Assembly: GCA_033762915.1 (NCBI GenBank)
Contig: JANRLD010000042.1
Location: 64,001-128,000, forward strand
Origin: Meiothermus sp.
Lineage (GTDB): Bacteria; Deinococcota; Deinococci; Deinococcales; Thermaceae
Direction of reading: 5' to 3'
DNA: 64,000 bases
The notes under the pieces were generated by a model that made no database searches, had not been told where the DNA came from, and saw only the letters and a list, made by a program, of their open reading frames with translations. Position numbers and translations under genes: made by a program. Shown one piece after another: positions 35,802-45,743 of this stretch (its first letter is position 1; every line of letters starts with the position of its first letter).

Positions 35802-37352
35802 CTACCCTGCTGGCTCGATCTTGATCAAACCCAGTCCACCGCCAGCCGTCTTGTCTGGCCTCACTCGCACGGACAGTGCGTCCAGTCCGGCGGCGTCCAC
35901 GGTCTGGCTCGAGCCGTCCCAGAGTTCGGTCAGGAGGTACCGCAGGTGCTCCCTCAGGCCCAGCTGCTCAAGCGGAACCCTCACCGTCACCTCGATAGCA
36001 TGGGCGGTGGGGTTTCCGACCACCACCACTGCCTTGCTCCCCCCGTGGCGGGCGTAGGGCCGGGGTATCTCGGCCGCACAGCGGTACTCCAGCGGCACGA
36101 TCCCCAGGTCGCCGTAGTTGGACACCGCACCCAGCACCTCGGCCTCGGCCTTACGCAGCCCGATCAAGCGGGTCACGTCCTCGAGCATGGCCCGATGGGC
36201 GGTCCCCTCGAGTGCTCCCCACTGCACCTCGCCGCCGTAGAGCCACTTGCCCTGGCCGGGGTCGGCCCCGCCAAAGAGCTGGGGCGATAGCTGGGGCAGG
36301 GCCTTGAAGGGCGCGTCGAATTCTTCGCCCGCCACCCAGATCGGTACCAGTCCGCTGAACAACGCCCCGTAGCCGAAGATAAAGCGGCTGCCCTGGGCCA
36401 CGTAGGGGTTGTCGTGCTCGAAGCCCTCCCAGCCGTTGTCGTGCGAGCTGATCTGGCCGCTGGAGTAGGCGAAGGGTGGGATCTCGCTGAGACTCTGGGG
36501 CCAGGCCCGGTCGCGCTGAGTGATGCTCTGGAGCCAGGTGTCCCAGTGCTCCTTCTGCCACACGTTGGCGTAGCCGTGTTGCCCGTTGATCTCGTCAGGG
36601 CGCTTGCGGTGCGGGCTGAGCAGGGTGGGCGGGTCGCGCTGCACCAGATCTATGGCCTTAAGGAAATCGGCCCTCGGGGGGATGTGCTCGAGGTCAGACT
36701 GGCGGGAGAACTCGAGGCCGCCCCGGTAGTTCAGCTCGTTGATGAAAATGATCTCGTGCCCAGCCTCGGCGGCCCTCCGGCGTACCTCGAGCCAGAGGTC
36801 AACCCGCCGCATCCCCAGGTCAATGCGGAAGCCCGAGACCCCGAACTCCAGGGCGTAGCGTGTCCACATGCCCACCCACCACTCGTCCATCTCGGGGTCG
36901 CGCAGGTCGAAGTCGAAATCCACCATGCCCCAGCTCTTGCCGCGAAACCAGTGGGGTTTGCGCTGCACCAAGGGGCTGTCGGCCATGACCCCGTGCTCGA
37001 TCACGTCCAGGAACACCCGGATGCCGTGTCGGCGGGCCTCGGAAACCATGTTCTTAAAGTCCTGCTCGGTGCCCAGACTCGGATCAATCACGTCGGGTTC
37101 GATGCAGGCGTACTGCGTCCAGATGTTATAGAAGTGGGTGGGGTGGGCCAGCGAGTGCCCGGTCAGCCAGATGCCGTTAACGCCCAAGGCCTGCAAGTAC
37201 GGAAGCCGCTCGCTCAGGCTGTTGAAGGTTCCGCTGCCCGGTCCGTCGGGTGAGGTGAAGGATTTGGTGGCGATCTCGTAGAGGATCAGGTCGCGCATCC
37301 ACTGGGGTGAGCGCACGTACTCTATGCCGGTTGGGGACAAGCTCTCGTTCAT
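35802..37352 (-). CDS. Atypical alpha-amylase-family (GH13-like) glycoside hydrolase
   Basis: LPYLQALGVNGIWL, IDPSLGTEQDF, VFLDVIEH, GFRID, INE, SHD. Confidence 0.75.
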   Translation of the reverse strand: MNESLSPTGIEYVRSPQWMRDLILYEIATKSFTSPDGPGSGTFNSLSERLPYLQALGVNGIWLTGHSLAHPTHFYNIWTQYACIEPDVIDPSLGTEQDFKNMVSEARRHGIRVFLDVIEHGVMADSPLVQRKPHWFRGKSWGMVDFDFDLRDPEMDEWWVGMWTRYALEFGVSGFRIDLGMRRVDLWLEVRRRAAEAGHEIIFINELNYRGGLEFSRQSDLEHIPPRADFLKAIDLVQRDPPTLLSPHRKRPDEINGQHGYANVWQKEHWDTWLQSITQRDRAWPQSLSEIPPFAYSSGQISSHDNGWEGFEHDNPYVAQGSRFIFGYGALFSGLVPIWVAGEEFDAPFKALPQLSPQLFGGADPGQGKWLYGGEVQWGALEGTAHRAMLEDVTRLIGLRKAEAEVLGAVSNYGDLGIVPLEYRCAAEIPRPYARHGGSKAVVVVGNPTAHAIEVTVRVPLEQLGLREHLRYLLTELWDGSSQTVDAAGLDALSVRVRPDKTAGGGLGLIKIEPAG

Positions 37353-37388
37353 AGGGTTGACCCCATTATCCCAATCCGTGTTATGCTG

Positions 37389-37409
37389 TCAAGCTATCTT
37401 ACAGCAACA
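37389..37409. promoter_or_regulatory. Third operator copy between the GH13-like and SDR genes
   Basis: TCAAGCT-N7-AGCAACA; CTGTCAAGCTATC is identical to the site at 35724. Confidence 0.55.
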
Positions 37410-37428
37410 CAACACGGAGGGGTGCGGG

Positions 37429-38193
37429 ATGGAACTGGAGAAAAAGGTGGCCCTGATTGTGGGTGCGGCGGGCGGGATCGGCAGCGCGATAGCCCGGCTC
37501 TTCGCCCAAGAGGGTGCGGCGGTGCTGCTGGCCGACCGCGACACGACAGCGCTGGGTGCGCTCGAGGCCGAACTTGCCGCCTCTGGCTACCAGGCTAAAG
37601 CCCTGGAGCTGGACTTGACCCAAAGCAGCTCGGTAGAAGCCGGCGTAGCCGCCGGGGTGGCCGCCTTCGGGGGAATAGACCTCAACGTTAACGCGGCTGG
37701 CCTGCTACGGGTGGGCCGCATTGATGAAATGAGCGAGGACGACTGGGATCTGCTGATGAGCGTCAACGTGCGGGGGGTGTTCCTGACCCTCAAGCACGTG
37801 GTTCCACACCTAAAAACCGCAGGCGGCGGGGTGGTTGTGAACTTGGCCTCGGTCTCGGCTTTTGTAGGAGCCGACGGCGGCTCGGCCTACCACGCCAGCA
37901 AGGGCGCGGTGCATAGCCTGAGTTTGGCCCTGGCCCAGGAACTGGCCCCCTTCGGGATTCGGGTCAACTCGCTGTGCCCCGGCTGGGTGGACGCCGGATT
38001 TACCCGCCAGGCTCTGCGCGAGAGCACCGACCCTGCCGGAGTCCAGGCCGCCGCCCGCAGCGCTCACCTGCTGGGCCGGATGGCCACCCCCAAGGAGGTC
38101 GCCCAAGGGGCCTTATTCCTGGCCTCGCCGAGGGCCTCTTTCGTGACTGGCAGCGGGCTGTTCATCGACGGCGGGTTTATGGTCAAGCGCTAG
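37429..38193 (+). CDS. SDR family oxidoreductase
   Basis: GAAGGIG, NAAG, YHASK, LCPG; GGAGG RBS. Confidence 0.9.
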   Translation: MELEKKVALIVGAAGGIGSAIARLFAQEGAAVLLADRDTTALGALEAELAASGYQAKALELDLTQSSSVEAGVAAGVAAFGGIDLNVNAAGLLRVGRIDEMSEDDWDLLMSVNVRGVFLTLKHVVPHLKTAGGGVVVNLASVSAFVGADGGSAYHASKGAVHSLSLALAQELAPFGIRVNSLCPGWVDAGFTRQALRESTDPAGVQAAARSAHLLGRMATPKEVAQGALFLASPRASFVTGSGLFIDGGFMVKR

Positions 38194-38233
38194 CGCCTCG
38201 AGGACACCGCCCCGCCACGTCGGCACCTTCTGA

Positions 38234-38316
38234 CAGCGGTTCTCGCGAACACCGCGCACAGAGACCCGGATGCGCGTTGGCGCTTAGGCGCCTGAGGCGT
38301 AAGGTGGGAATCGCTG
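38234..38316 (+). mobile_element. MITE-like repeat with the same ends but a different interior
   Basis: CAGCGGTTCTCGCGAACAC...GGTGGGAATCGCTG. Confidence 0.5.
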
Positions 38317-38435
38317 TGAGTCTGATCTCGCCACGGCGACCGGCGGCCGGTCGCCGGGTGGTCCGTTCTTCGCCAGCGCGCTTGGCGATAGGGGCCTTTA
38401 CACCTCTGTCGCTGTCCAATGCCTCGAGCCTCCTC

Positions 38436-38629
38436 CGTGCTTCCCACCAATACCTCCCTCGCGTCGGCAGGTAATGTACTCCCCGTCGCGCTTCCCATCC
38501 ATACTCCGCCCACGGTGTTGCGCTAAAGCGGAGTATTGCACTCGGTACGGCGGTTTTTGCCGTATGGAGTGTTCGTGGTAACTGCTCTACAGCAAAAACC
38601 GCTGTAAGGAGTATGCATGGGAACCGCGA
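38436..38629 (-). mobile_element. Nested MITE: type B (38486-38587) inserted inside type A
   Basis: A halves ...GTAATGTACTCCC and TACAGCAAAAACC... are contiguous in the intact copy at 12499. Confidence 0.78.
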
Positions 38630-38637
38630 TCAGTCCC

Positions 38638-39657
38638 CTAAATCCCACGCACCAACCACCCGAACTCCCGCAGCACTTGCTGCTCCTGCGGGTGGATGTC
38701 GCCAAACGGACGCGGCCCCACGTTGAGCAGAAAGACCGCATTCCGGCTGCGGACTTTCTGGTAGAGGTCGTACACCTCAAGCGCGCTCTTGGGCCGGTGG
38801 TTCCAGGGCTGGTACGACCACCCTGCGTTGAGGTTCCACCACGAGGCCAGCGGCCGGTCGCCCACCTCGGCGGTGTTGAACCCGATGGTGTTCTCGCCGG
38901 GCAGGTCGAGCTCCGAAACCTGGTAGTCCTCGCCCCTCAGCGGCAGAATGTGGGTGTTGCTGGCGATCACCGCGTCGGGTTGAAGGGAGTGAATCAGGTC
39001 GTAGGTGCCCGCCAAATCCCAGGCCCCCCCGGCGCCGAAATACAGCTCCTCGTCGGGAGTCTCAAATACGGCGCGGGGCCAGTAGCCGTCAAACACGAAG
39101 CCCCCGACCGGGCCGTAGTTGGTGCACAACTCGCGAATCTGGGCCTGGTAAAACTCCACGTATTTGCCCCAGTCGCCGCGGTAATCCTTGTGCGTCCAGT
39201 CCACCAGCGAGTAGTAGAAGTGCAGGGCAATTCCCCGCTGGTGCAAGGCCCGGGACAACTCGCCCAGGATGTCGCGCCGGAAGGGGGTGTGCGCCACGCT
39301 GAAGTCGGTGTGGGCGCTGTCGAAGAGGCAGAAGCCGTCGTGGTGTTTGCTGGTGATGAAGAAGAACTTGGCCCCCACCTCCAGCAGCAAATCCCCCCAC
39401 TCGTCGGCGTCGAAGCGGGCAGGGTTGAAGCGCTCCATGCGCTCCTTGTACTCCTGGAAGGGGATGCGCTCGTTGAAATAGGCCCACTCGTTGCCGCTAT
39501 TCCCCAGCGCGTACAGCCCCCAGTGCGCGGTGAGGCCGAAGCCCGATCTCACGAAGCGCCCCAGGCCTGGGGGCGAAGCCTGAAGCTTGGCCTTGGAGGT
39601 GTCTTCGGCGGAATAGGTAGGTACGGTTTTCAAGCAGGGCTCCTCGAATGAGAACAT
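38638..39657 (-). CDS. Alpha-L-fucosidase family (GH29) glycoside hydrolase, catalytic domain only
   Basis: HWGLYA, FDADEW, TSKHHDGFCLF, YYSLVDW, ELCTNYG, FDG, LLNVGP. Confidence 0.88.
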   Translation of the reverse strand: MFSFEEPCLKTVPTYSAEDTSKAKLQASPPGLGRFVRSGFGLTAHWGLYALGNSGNEWAYFNERIPFQEYKERMERFNPARFDADEWGDLLLEVGAKFFFITSKHHDGFCLFDSAHTDFSVAHTPFRRDILGELSRALHQRGIALHFYYSLVDWTHKDYRGDWGKYVEFYQAQIRELCTNYGPVGGFVFDGYWPRAVFETPDEELYFGAGGAWDLAGTYDLIHSLQPDAVIASNTHILPLRGEDYQVSELDLPGENTIGFNTAEVGDRPLASWWNLNAGWSYQPWNHRPKSALEVYDLYQKVRSRNAVFLLNVGPRPFGDIHPQEQQVLREFGWLVRGI

Positions 39658-39792
39658 ACTACTTTGCCCGCTTCGATTGGCTTGGCGGGCGGCTGTACTC
39701 GATCCAGACTGATGCTGTGCGTTGTTTGGATTGTATCTGGCAAAAATTGTAAGATTAAGTTATCATCACATCCTCAACAATCCGGAGTTTAC

Positions 39793-40503
39793 ATGAGCCT
39801 CGAACAATACACTCGAGCCCTTCTTAATTTGCTGCATACCGTAAGCCAGAGCGAGGAAGCCTCCATGCGCAAGGCGGCGGCTTGGATCGCCGACGCGCTG
39901 TCCGCCGACGGGCTGCTCTACACCTTCGGGACCGGTCACTCCCAGCTCCTGGCCTGCGAGGCCTTCTACCGGGCGGGCGGCCTGGCCCCGGTCAGCGTGA
40001 TGCTGGAGGGGACGGTGGGCCTTGAGCCGGGCGCGGTGGCCTCGAGTTTCCTCGAGCGCACCACCGGCTACGGCGCCCTGGTGGCCGAGCGCTACCCCAT
40101 CGGGCCCAGGGACGTGCTGATGGTCTTCTCCAACAGCGCCGCTAACGCGGTGCCGCTGGAGGTGGCCCGGGCCGTGAAGGCCCGTGGGGCCAAGGTGGTG
40201 GCGGTGATCAGCCGCCGCTACGCCGAGTTCAAGGGCTCGGCGATGTTCGAGATCGCCGACCTGATCCTCGACAACCACGCGCCCCCGGGCGATGCGGTAA
40301 TCCCGGTAGGCGACGCAGCGGTGGGGCCGGTGTCCACGGTGGCGGGCGCCTACATCCTTAATGCAGTGCTGAGCGAGGTGGCGGCCCTCCTCGGCGAGCG
40401 CGGGGAGGCCGTCCCGCTGTACCTCAGCAGCAACATGCCCGGCGCACCCGAGCACAACGCGCGCCTGGTCGAACGTTTCAGGCCACGCATCCGCCACCTG
40501 TAG
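39793..40503 (+). CDS. SIS-domain sugar isomerase-like protein
   Basis: FGTGHS..E.FYRAGGL, SNS, DN..P.GDA, SSN. Confidence 0.88.
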   Translation: MSLEQYTRALLNLLHTVSQSEEASMRKAAAWIADALSADGLLYTFGTGHSQLLACEAFYRAGGLAPVSVMLEGTVGLEPGAVASSFLERTTGYGALVAERYPIGPRDVLMVFSNSAANAVPLEVARAVKARGAKVVAVISRRYAEFKGSAMFEIADLILDNHAPPGDAVIPVGDAAVGPVSTVAGAYILNAVLSEVAALLGERGEAVPLYLSSNMPGAPEHNARLVERFRPRIRHL

Positions 40504-40537
40504 TGGCGCTAAAGGTTCGTGGAAAGGGAGGAAGTAG

Positions 40538-41803
40538 ATGGTACGAGCAATTTGGCTGATGGTCGCGGCATTCTGGCTGGCCGGGGGTGCCCTGGCCCAA
40601 CAGATTACCCTCTGGCACCAGGAGCAGCCGCCCGGCCGGGTGGCGCGGGTGCAGCAGTTAATCGACGAGTTCAACCGGGCCAACCCAGGGGTCACCGTGA
40701 GGCAGGAGGTGCAGAACTGGGGCGACGTCTACCCCAAGACGCTGGCCGCGATCCGGGCCGGCGTCCAGCCCGACATCCTCTTCACTATCCCCGACTTCAC
40801 CCTGGTGGTCAAGGAGACCGGGGCCGTCCAGCCCGTCACCGCCCTCGCGCGCGCGCTTAACAGCCGCTACCGCTTCCTCAACTCAGCCCTCGAGCCCTAC
40901 TCCTACGACAACCAGATCTGGGCGGTGCCGATGTACGGCATGACCCAGAGCCTGTGGTACCGCAAGGACCTGCTCGACGCTGCCGGGGTCAAGCCGCCCA
41001 CCAACTGGGACGAGCTGCTGGCCGCCGCCAAGAAGCTCACTGCCGACGGGCGCTACGGCATCGGCATCCCGGCCAACCGCAACCTCTACACCGACCAGGT
41101 CATCTACAACTTCATGATCGGGGCCGGGGCCAAGGAGCTGTTCGACGCCAGGTGCGGCGTCACCTTCAACACCCCCGCCACCGTGCGGGCCCTGGGCTAC
41201 TACCGCGACCTGTTCCAGTACTCCCCACCTGATAGCACCGGCTGGGCCTGGGGCGAGGCCGAGGCCGCCTTCGCCAGCGGCAAGGTGGCCATGATCCTCC
41301 AGTTCACCACGGTGCAGAGCTTCGACACCCAGGCCAAGCAGCCCGCCGGCAACCTGGGCGTGGTCGCGATCCCCGCGCCCGCCGGGGCCAAGCGGGGCAG
41401 CATCTACTACTCCAACGGGGCCATGATCCTCACCAACGACGCGGCCAAGCGGACGGCGGCTGAGAGGTTTATCAGCTTCTTGCTCGAGCCCAGGAACTAC
41501 GGGCGCTTCCTGACCATGGAGCCCGCGCTGTTCCTGCCCGCGACCGAGTCGGGGATGAGCTCGGTGGACTTCTTCCGCGACCGCACGGTCATCAAGTACA
41601 GCCGGCAGGTGCAGTCCATGCTGACCAACTCCCGCTCGGGCTCGCTCTTCGGGTTCACCAGCGGCCGGGTCTGCAAGGGCATCGGCGACATCTCGGCCCA
41701 GAATCTGCTGGCCCAGGTGGTGCAGAAGGTGATCGTAGAGAAGCAGACCCCCGAGCAGGCCGCGGCATGGGGGCAGGAGCAGATGGCCAGGGCAGCCCGA
41801 TAG
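40538..41803 (+). CDS. Carbohydrate ABC transporter substrate-binding protein
   Basis: Signal peptide; PD, WAVP, LWYRKDLL..AG..PP.NWDEL. Confidence 0.9.
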   Translation: MVRAIWLMVAAFWLAGGALAQQITLWHQEQPPGRVARVQQLIDEFNRANPGVTVRQEVQNWGDVYPKTLAAIRAGVQPDILFTIPDFTLVVKETGAVQPVTALARALNSRYRFLNSALEPYSYDNQIWAVPMYGMTQSLWYRKDLLDAAGVKPPTNWDELLAAAKKLTADGRYGIGIPANRNLYTDQVIYNFMIGAGAKELFDARCGVTFNTPATVRALGYYRDLFQYSPPDSTGWAWGEAEAAFASGKVAMILQFTTVQSFDTQAKQPAGNLGVVAIPAPAGAKRGSIYYSNGAMILTNDAAKRTAAERFISFLLEPRNYGRFLTMEPALFLPATESGMSSVDFFRDRTVIKYSRQVQSMLTNSRSGSLFGFTSGRVCKGIGDISAQNLLAQVVQKVIVEKQTPEQAAAWGQEQMARAAR

Positions 41804-41849
41804 CCGGTGCCGGCCTCTTTTGGTACTTGAACGTTGTGGCTTAAACTCC

Positions 41850-41878
41850 CCGGCCCCTCCCTCGCGGGAAGGGGCCGG
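41850..41878 (+). other. Intercistronic GC-rich hairpin after the SBP gene
   Basis: CCGGCCCCT-CCC...GGGA-AGGGGCCGG stem with no U-tract. Confidence 0.45.
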
Positions 41879-41960
41879 AACTTGACGCCCCGATCTCCAA
41901 CCGCCCCATGACCCCACCGCTTCCCCCGCACCCGGCATCATCCGGCCCCTCGAGGCGTCC

Positions 41961-42836
41961 GTGAACCGCCACCCCCTGCTGGCCTACGGCCTGCTGGCCC
42001 CGGCCCTGCTGTGGTTGGGGGGCGTGCTGCTGGCCTCGGTCTGGTACCTGATCGGCCAGAGCCTTTCCAACGAGCGGGTGCTGGGGGGTGAGCGTGAGTT
42101 CGTGGGGCTGGCCCAGTACCGCGAGGTGCTGCTGGACCCGAGCTTTTGGCAGGCAGGCTGGCGCACCCTGCTGTGGGTGGTGGGCAATGTGGTGCTGCAG
42201 ACCGTACTGTCCCTGGGGGCGGCCCTGCTGCTATACCGCAGCCGGCGGCTGGCCTGGTTCAACATCTGGGTGGTGCTGCCCTGGATCGTGCCCACGGTGG
42301 TGGCGGTGATCATCTGGCGCTGGATGCTGAGCTCGATCGGGATCGTTAACCAGGCCATCCAGGCGGTGGGGCTGAGCCAGGAGCCCGTCGCTTTTTTCGG
42401 CAGCGGTACCGTTGCCCTGCTGACCCTGATGCTCATCAACTCGTGGAAGTTCTTCCCGCTGGGCACGGTGATCCTGGTGGCGGCGCTGCGCTCGATTCCC
42501 GCCACCCTCGTCGAGGCTGCCCGGGTGGACGGGGCCAGCGAGGCCCAGGTGTTCTGGCGCGTCCAGCTGCCGCTCTTGCAGCCGGTGATGTACGTGCTGG
42601 GGCTGGTGGGGCCGCTGTGGGCGGTCAACGTCTTCGAACTGCCCTGGCTGCTCACGCGGGGCGGGCCGGGCGACGCCACCCTGACTTGGCCCCTGCACAT
42701 CTACCTCGAGGCCTTCGGGCGCTTCGAGATCGGTCTTGCGGCGGCAGCCTCGCTGGTGGTGTCGCTGGTGCTGATGGGCTTTGTGGGGCTCTACCTCAAG
42801 ACCGGCTGGGGTCGGGCCTTGCGGGAGGAGCAGTGA
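41961..42836 (+). CDS. Carbohydrate ABC transporter permease
   Basis: LPWIVP, EAARVDGA, LTRGGP. Confidence 0.9.
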   Translation: MNRHPLLAYGLLAPALLWLGGVLLASVWYLIGQSLSNERVLGGEREFVGLAQYREVLLDPSFWQAGWRTLLWVVGNVVLQTVLSLGAALLLYRSRRLAWFNIWVVLPWIVPTVVAVIIWRWMLSSIGIVNQAIQAVGLSQEPVAFFGSGTVALLTLMLINSWKFFPLGTVILVAALRSIPATLVEAARVDGASEAQVFWRVQLPLLQPVMYVLGLVGPLWAVNVFELPWLLTRGGPGDATLTWPLHIYLEAFGRFEIGLAAAASLVVSLVLMGFVGLYLKTGWGRALREEQ

Positions 42837-43648
42837 GGACGGCGACCCGGGTCCTGGTGGCGGGTTTCTACCTGCTGCTGGTCTTTGGCCCGTTCTACTG
42901 GATCCTGGTCTCCTCGCTCAAGCCTGCGGCCGAGGTGATCCAGGTGCCGCCCACCCTGTTCCCCCGCGAGTGGTCGCTCGAGCACTACCAGAAGCTGTTC
43001 GCCTCGACCGACTACCCCCGCTATGTCGCCAACAGCGCCTGGGTGGCCCTGGTCTCGGCGGCCATCAGCGTCGTCCTGGCCTTCCTGGCCGCCTACGCCC
43101 TGTTCCGACTGTCGTTCGCGGGCAAGCAGCTGTGGTTTCGCCTGATCCTGGGGGTCTACGTCTTCCCCTCCATCCTCCTGATCGTGCCGCTGTACGGGCT
43201 GTTCGCCGACCTGCGCCTGCTCAACAGCCACTGGGCCCTGATCGTGGTCAACGTGACCTTTATTGTGCCCTTCGCGGTCTGGCTGCTGCGGGCCTTCATG
43301 GAAAGCATCCCCAAGGAGCTCGAGGAGGCCGCCTTCCTGGACGGGGCCTCCTGGCTCGTCAGCATGGTGCGCGTGACCCTGCCGTTGGCCGCTCCGGGGC
43401 TGGCCAGCGCCGCCACCTACGCCTTCGTCTACGCCTGGACCGAGTTCCCCTTCGCTTCGGCCTTCATCCTGCAGGACGTCAAGCGGACCCTGCCGGTGGG
43501 GCTGTCAGCCATCATCGGGCAGTACCAGATCGACTGGGGACTGCTGGCGGCGGGGGCGGTGGTGATGATCGCGCCCGGGGTGGTGTTCTTCGCCCTGGTC
43601 GGGCGCTTCTTCGTGAGCGGCCTGACCGGGGGGGCGCTGAAGGAGTAG
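42833..43648 (+). CDS. Carbohydrate ABC transporter permease
   Basis: GTGA overlap with the upstream gene; IPKELEEAAFLDGA; GLTGGALKE. Confidence 0.9.
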   Translation: MRTATRVLVAGFYLLLVFGPFYWILVSSLKPAAEVIQVPPTLFPREWSLEHYQKLFASTDYPRYVANSAWVALVSAAISVVLAFLAAYALFRLSFAGKQLWFRLILGVYVFPSILLIVPLYGLFADLRLLNSHWALIVVNVTFIVPFAVWLLRAFMESIPKELEEAAFLDGASWLVSMVRVTLPLAAPGLASAATYAFVYAWTEFPFASAFILQDVKRTLPVGLSAIIGQYQIDWGLLAAGAVVMIAPGVVFFALVGRFFVSGLTGGALKE

Positions 43649-43649
43649 C

Positions 43650-45071
43650 GTGGGGGTCTACCTGGGCCTCGACCTGGGCAGCTCGGCGGTCAAGGCCCTG
43701 CTGCTCGACAGCCGGCGCGGTGTGCTGGCCTCGGAGCGCGTGCCCTACCCCAGCCGTACCCCCCGCCCGGGCTGGATCGAACAGGACCCCGCCGACTGGT
43801 GGCGGGCCGCGCTGAAGGCGGCGGCCGGGCTGCGCGGGCTGCCCGAGTACCGCAGGGTCGCGGCGGTGGGGCTCAGCGGGCACATGAGCTCCACGGTCCT
43901 GCTCGACCGGGAGGGGCGGCTGCTGCGGCCGTGCATCCACATTAACGACAGCCGCGCCGCTCCCGAGGCCGCCGAACTGGCCGGGCGGCTGGGCCCGCGC
44001 ATCCGCCGCCGCACCGGCAACCCCGTGCACGTGGCCTTCGTGCTGCCCAGGCTGCTCTGGCTGCAGCGCCACGAGCCGCAGACCTGGGAGCGCCTGCACA
44101 CCCTGCTCTCGGCCAAGGACTACCTCTGCTACCGGCTGACCGGCGAGCGGGGCACCGACCCCACCGACGCCGGGAACACCCTCCTGTGGGACTACCGGAA
44201 GCAAGTTTGGGCGACCGAGCTGCTCGAGGCGCTGGGCCTGGGAGCCGACTGGCTGCCCCCGGTGCGCGGGAGCCTCGAGGTGGCGGGTCGGCTGCGCGGT
44301 GCCGCGGCCCGCGCCTTGGGCCTGCCCGCAGGCCTGCCGGTGGTGGCGGGCCTGGCCGATATGGCTGCCAGCAGCCTGGGCGCCGGCCTGTCCGCCGGAA
44401 TGGTGGTGATCACCATCGGGAACTCGGCCCAGGTGGTGCGGCTGGAAGACGGGGTGCGCTACCGCCCTGGCCTGACCCTGCACCCCTACCTCGGCGGGCG
44501 CTACTACGCGATGGCCTCGATCTTCTCGGGGGGGATGGCCCTGGACTGGGCGGTGCGGACCCTGGGGGCCGACGACGCCCTGCTTGAGGCCGCCGCGCGG
44601 GTGCCCCTGGGGGCGGGCGGGGTCAGGTTCGTGCCCCACCTGGTGGGCTCGGGCACCCCCTGGCTCGACCCCCACGAGCGGGGGGCCTGGGTGGGGCTCG
44701 GCGCTGGTAGCGGGCGGGCCGAGCTGTTGCGGGCGGTCTTCGAGGGCGTGGCCTGGGACATCGCGCAGGGCTTCCGCGCCCTGACCGAGGGGCAGGCCGA
44801 GGGGGTGGTGCTGGGCGGGGCAGCCGCCCGCAACCCCCTGTGGGCGCGGCTGCTGGCGGGGTTCCTGGGCCGGCCGGTGGCCGCGCTGGCAGAGCCGAAC
44901 ACCAGCGCCCTGGGGGCCGCCTATGCCGCCGCCCTGGCCTGCGAGCCGGGCCTCGAGGGCCCCCGCCTGAGGGCCCGGCGCCCGGTACCGCCTGGCGGCG
45001 AGTCCTTCGAGCTTCTGGCGGCGGAGTACGCGGGCGTTCACGCCGCGCTGGTGCGCTCCCGGCGGCACTGA
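43650..45071 (+). CDS. FGGY-family carbohydrate kinase (xylulokinase-like)
   Basis: LGLDLGSSAVK, WIEQDP..WW, KDYL.YRLTG, RAVFEG, GGAAR. Confidence 0.88.
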   Translation: MGVYLGLDLGSSAVKALLLDSRRGVLASERVPYPSRTPRPGWIEQDPADWWRAALKAAAGLRGLPEYRRVAAVGLSGHMSSTVLLDREGRLLRPCIHINDSRAAPEAAELAGRLGPRIRRRTGNPVHVAFVLPRLLWLQRHEPQTWERLHTLLSAKDYLCYRLTGERGTDPTDAGNTLLWDYRKQVWATELLEALGLGADWLPPVRGSLEVAGRLRGAAARALGLPAGLPVVAGLADMAASSLGAGLSAGMVVITIGNSAQVVRLEDGVRYRPGLTLHPYLGGRYYAMASIFSGGMALDWAVRTLGADDALLEAAARVPLGAGGVRFVPHLVGSGTPWLDPHERGAWVGLGAGSGRAELLRAVFEGVAWDIAQGFRALTEGQAEGVVLGGAAARNPLWARLLAGFLGRPVAALAEPNTSALGAAYAAALACEPGLEGPRLRARRPVPPGGESFELLAAEYAGVHAALVRSRRH

Positions 45072-45116
45072 CCGCGGCCCGTTGCCCGGCCCGCCCCCCG
45101 CTGCTATCTTGGGCGC

Positions 45117-45713
45117 ATGGAGATCGTGGTATTCGGAGCCTCGAGGGGGGTCGGGCGGCAGGTGGTGGATCAGGCCCTGGAGGGGGGCCACAGGGTGACC
45201 GCGTTCTCCCGCACCGGGCCGGACCTGGCCCACCCCGGGCTGCGGGTGGTGCGGGGGGACGTGCTCGACCCGGCCGCCCTCGAGACTGCCCTGGCCGGCC
45301 AGCAGGCGGCGGTGATCGCGCTGGGGGCGGGCAACACCGCCGAGGGAAGGGTGCGCAGCCTGGGCACCCAGAGCGTGGTGGAGGCCATGCGGCGGGTCGG
45401 GGTGCGGCGGGCGGTGGCGGTCAGCTCGTTCGGGGTGGGGGACAGCCGCCGGGGGCCGGTGGCCGCGATGGCCTGGGTGTTCCTGCGGGCCGCCCTCGAG
45501 GAGCACGAGCGCCAGGAGGAGATCCTGCGCGAGAGCGGCCTGGACTACACCATCGTCCGCCCCACCGGCCTCACCGACGGCCCCCGCACGGGCCGCTACA
45601 AGGTGGGCAGCAGCGGGAGCGGGCGCATCTCGAGGGCCGACGTAGCCGAGTTCGTGCTGCGGGTGCTGCCCGACCCGCAGTGGCACGGCCGGGCGGTGGT
45701 GGTGAGTTCGTAG
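45117..45713 (+). CDS. NAD(P)H-binding flavin reductase-like protein
   Basis: FGASRGVG, GDVLD, SGLDYTIVRP, ISRADVA. Confidence 0.85.
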   Translation: MEIVVFGASRGVGRQVVDQALEGGHRVTAFSRTGPDLAHPGLRVVRGDVLDPAALETALAGQQAAVIALGAGNTAEGRVRSLGTQSVVEAMRRVGVRRAVAVSSFGVGDSRRGPVAAMAWVFLRAALEEHERQEEILRESGLDYTIVRPTGLTDGPRTGRYKVGSSGSGRISRADVAEFVLRVLPDPQWHGRAVVVSS

Positions 45714-45743
45714 GGCTCGAGGGCGCCCGCGACCCGGCGGCCA

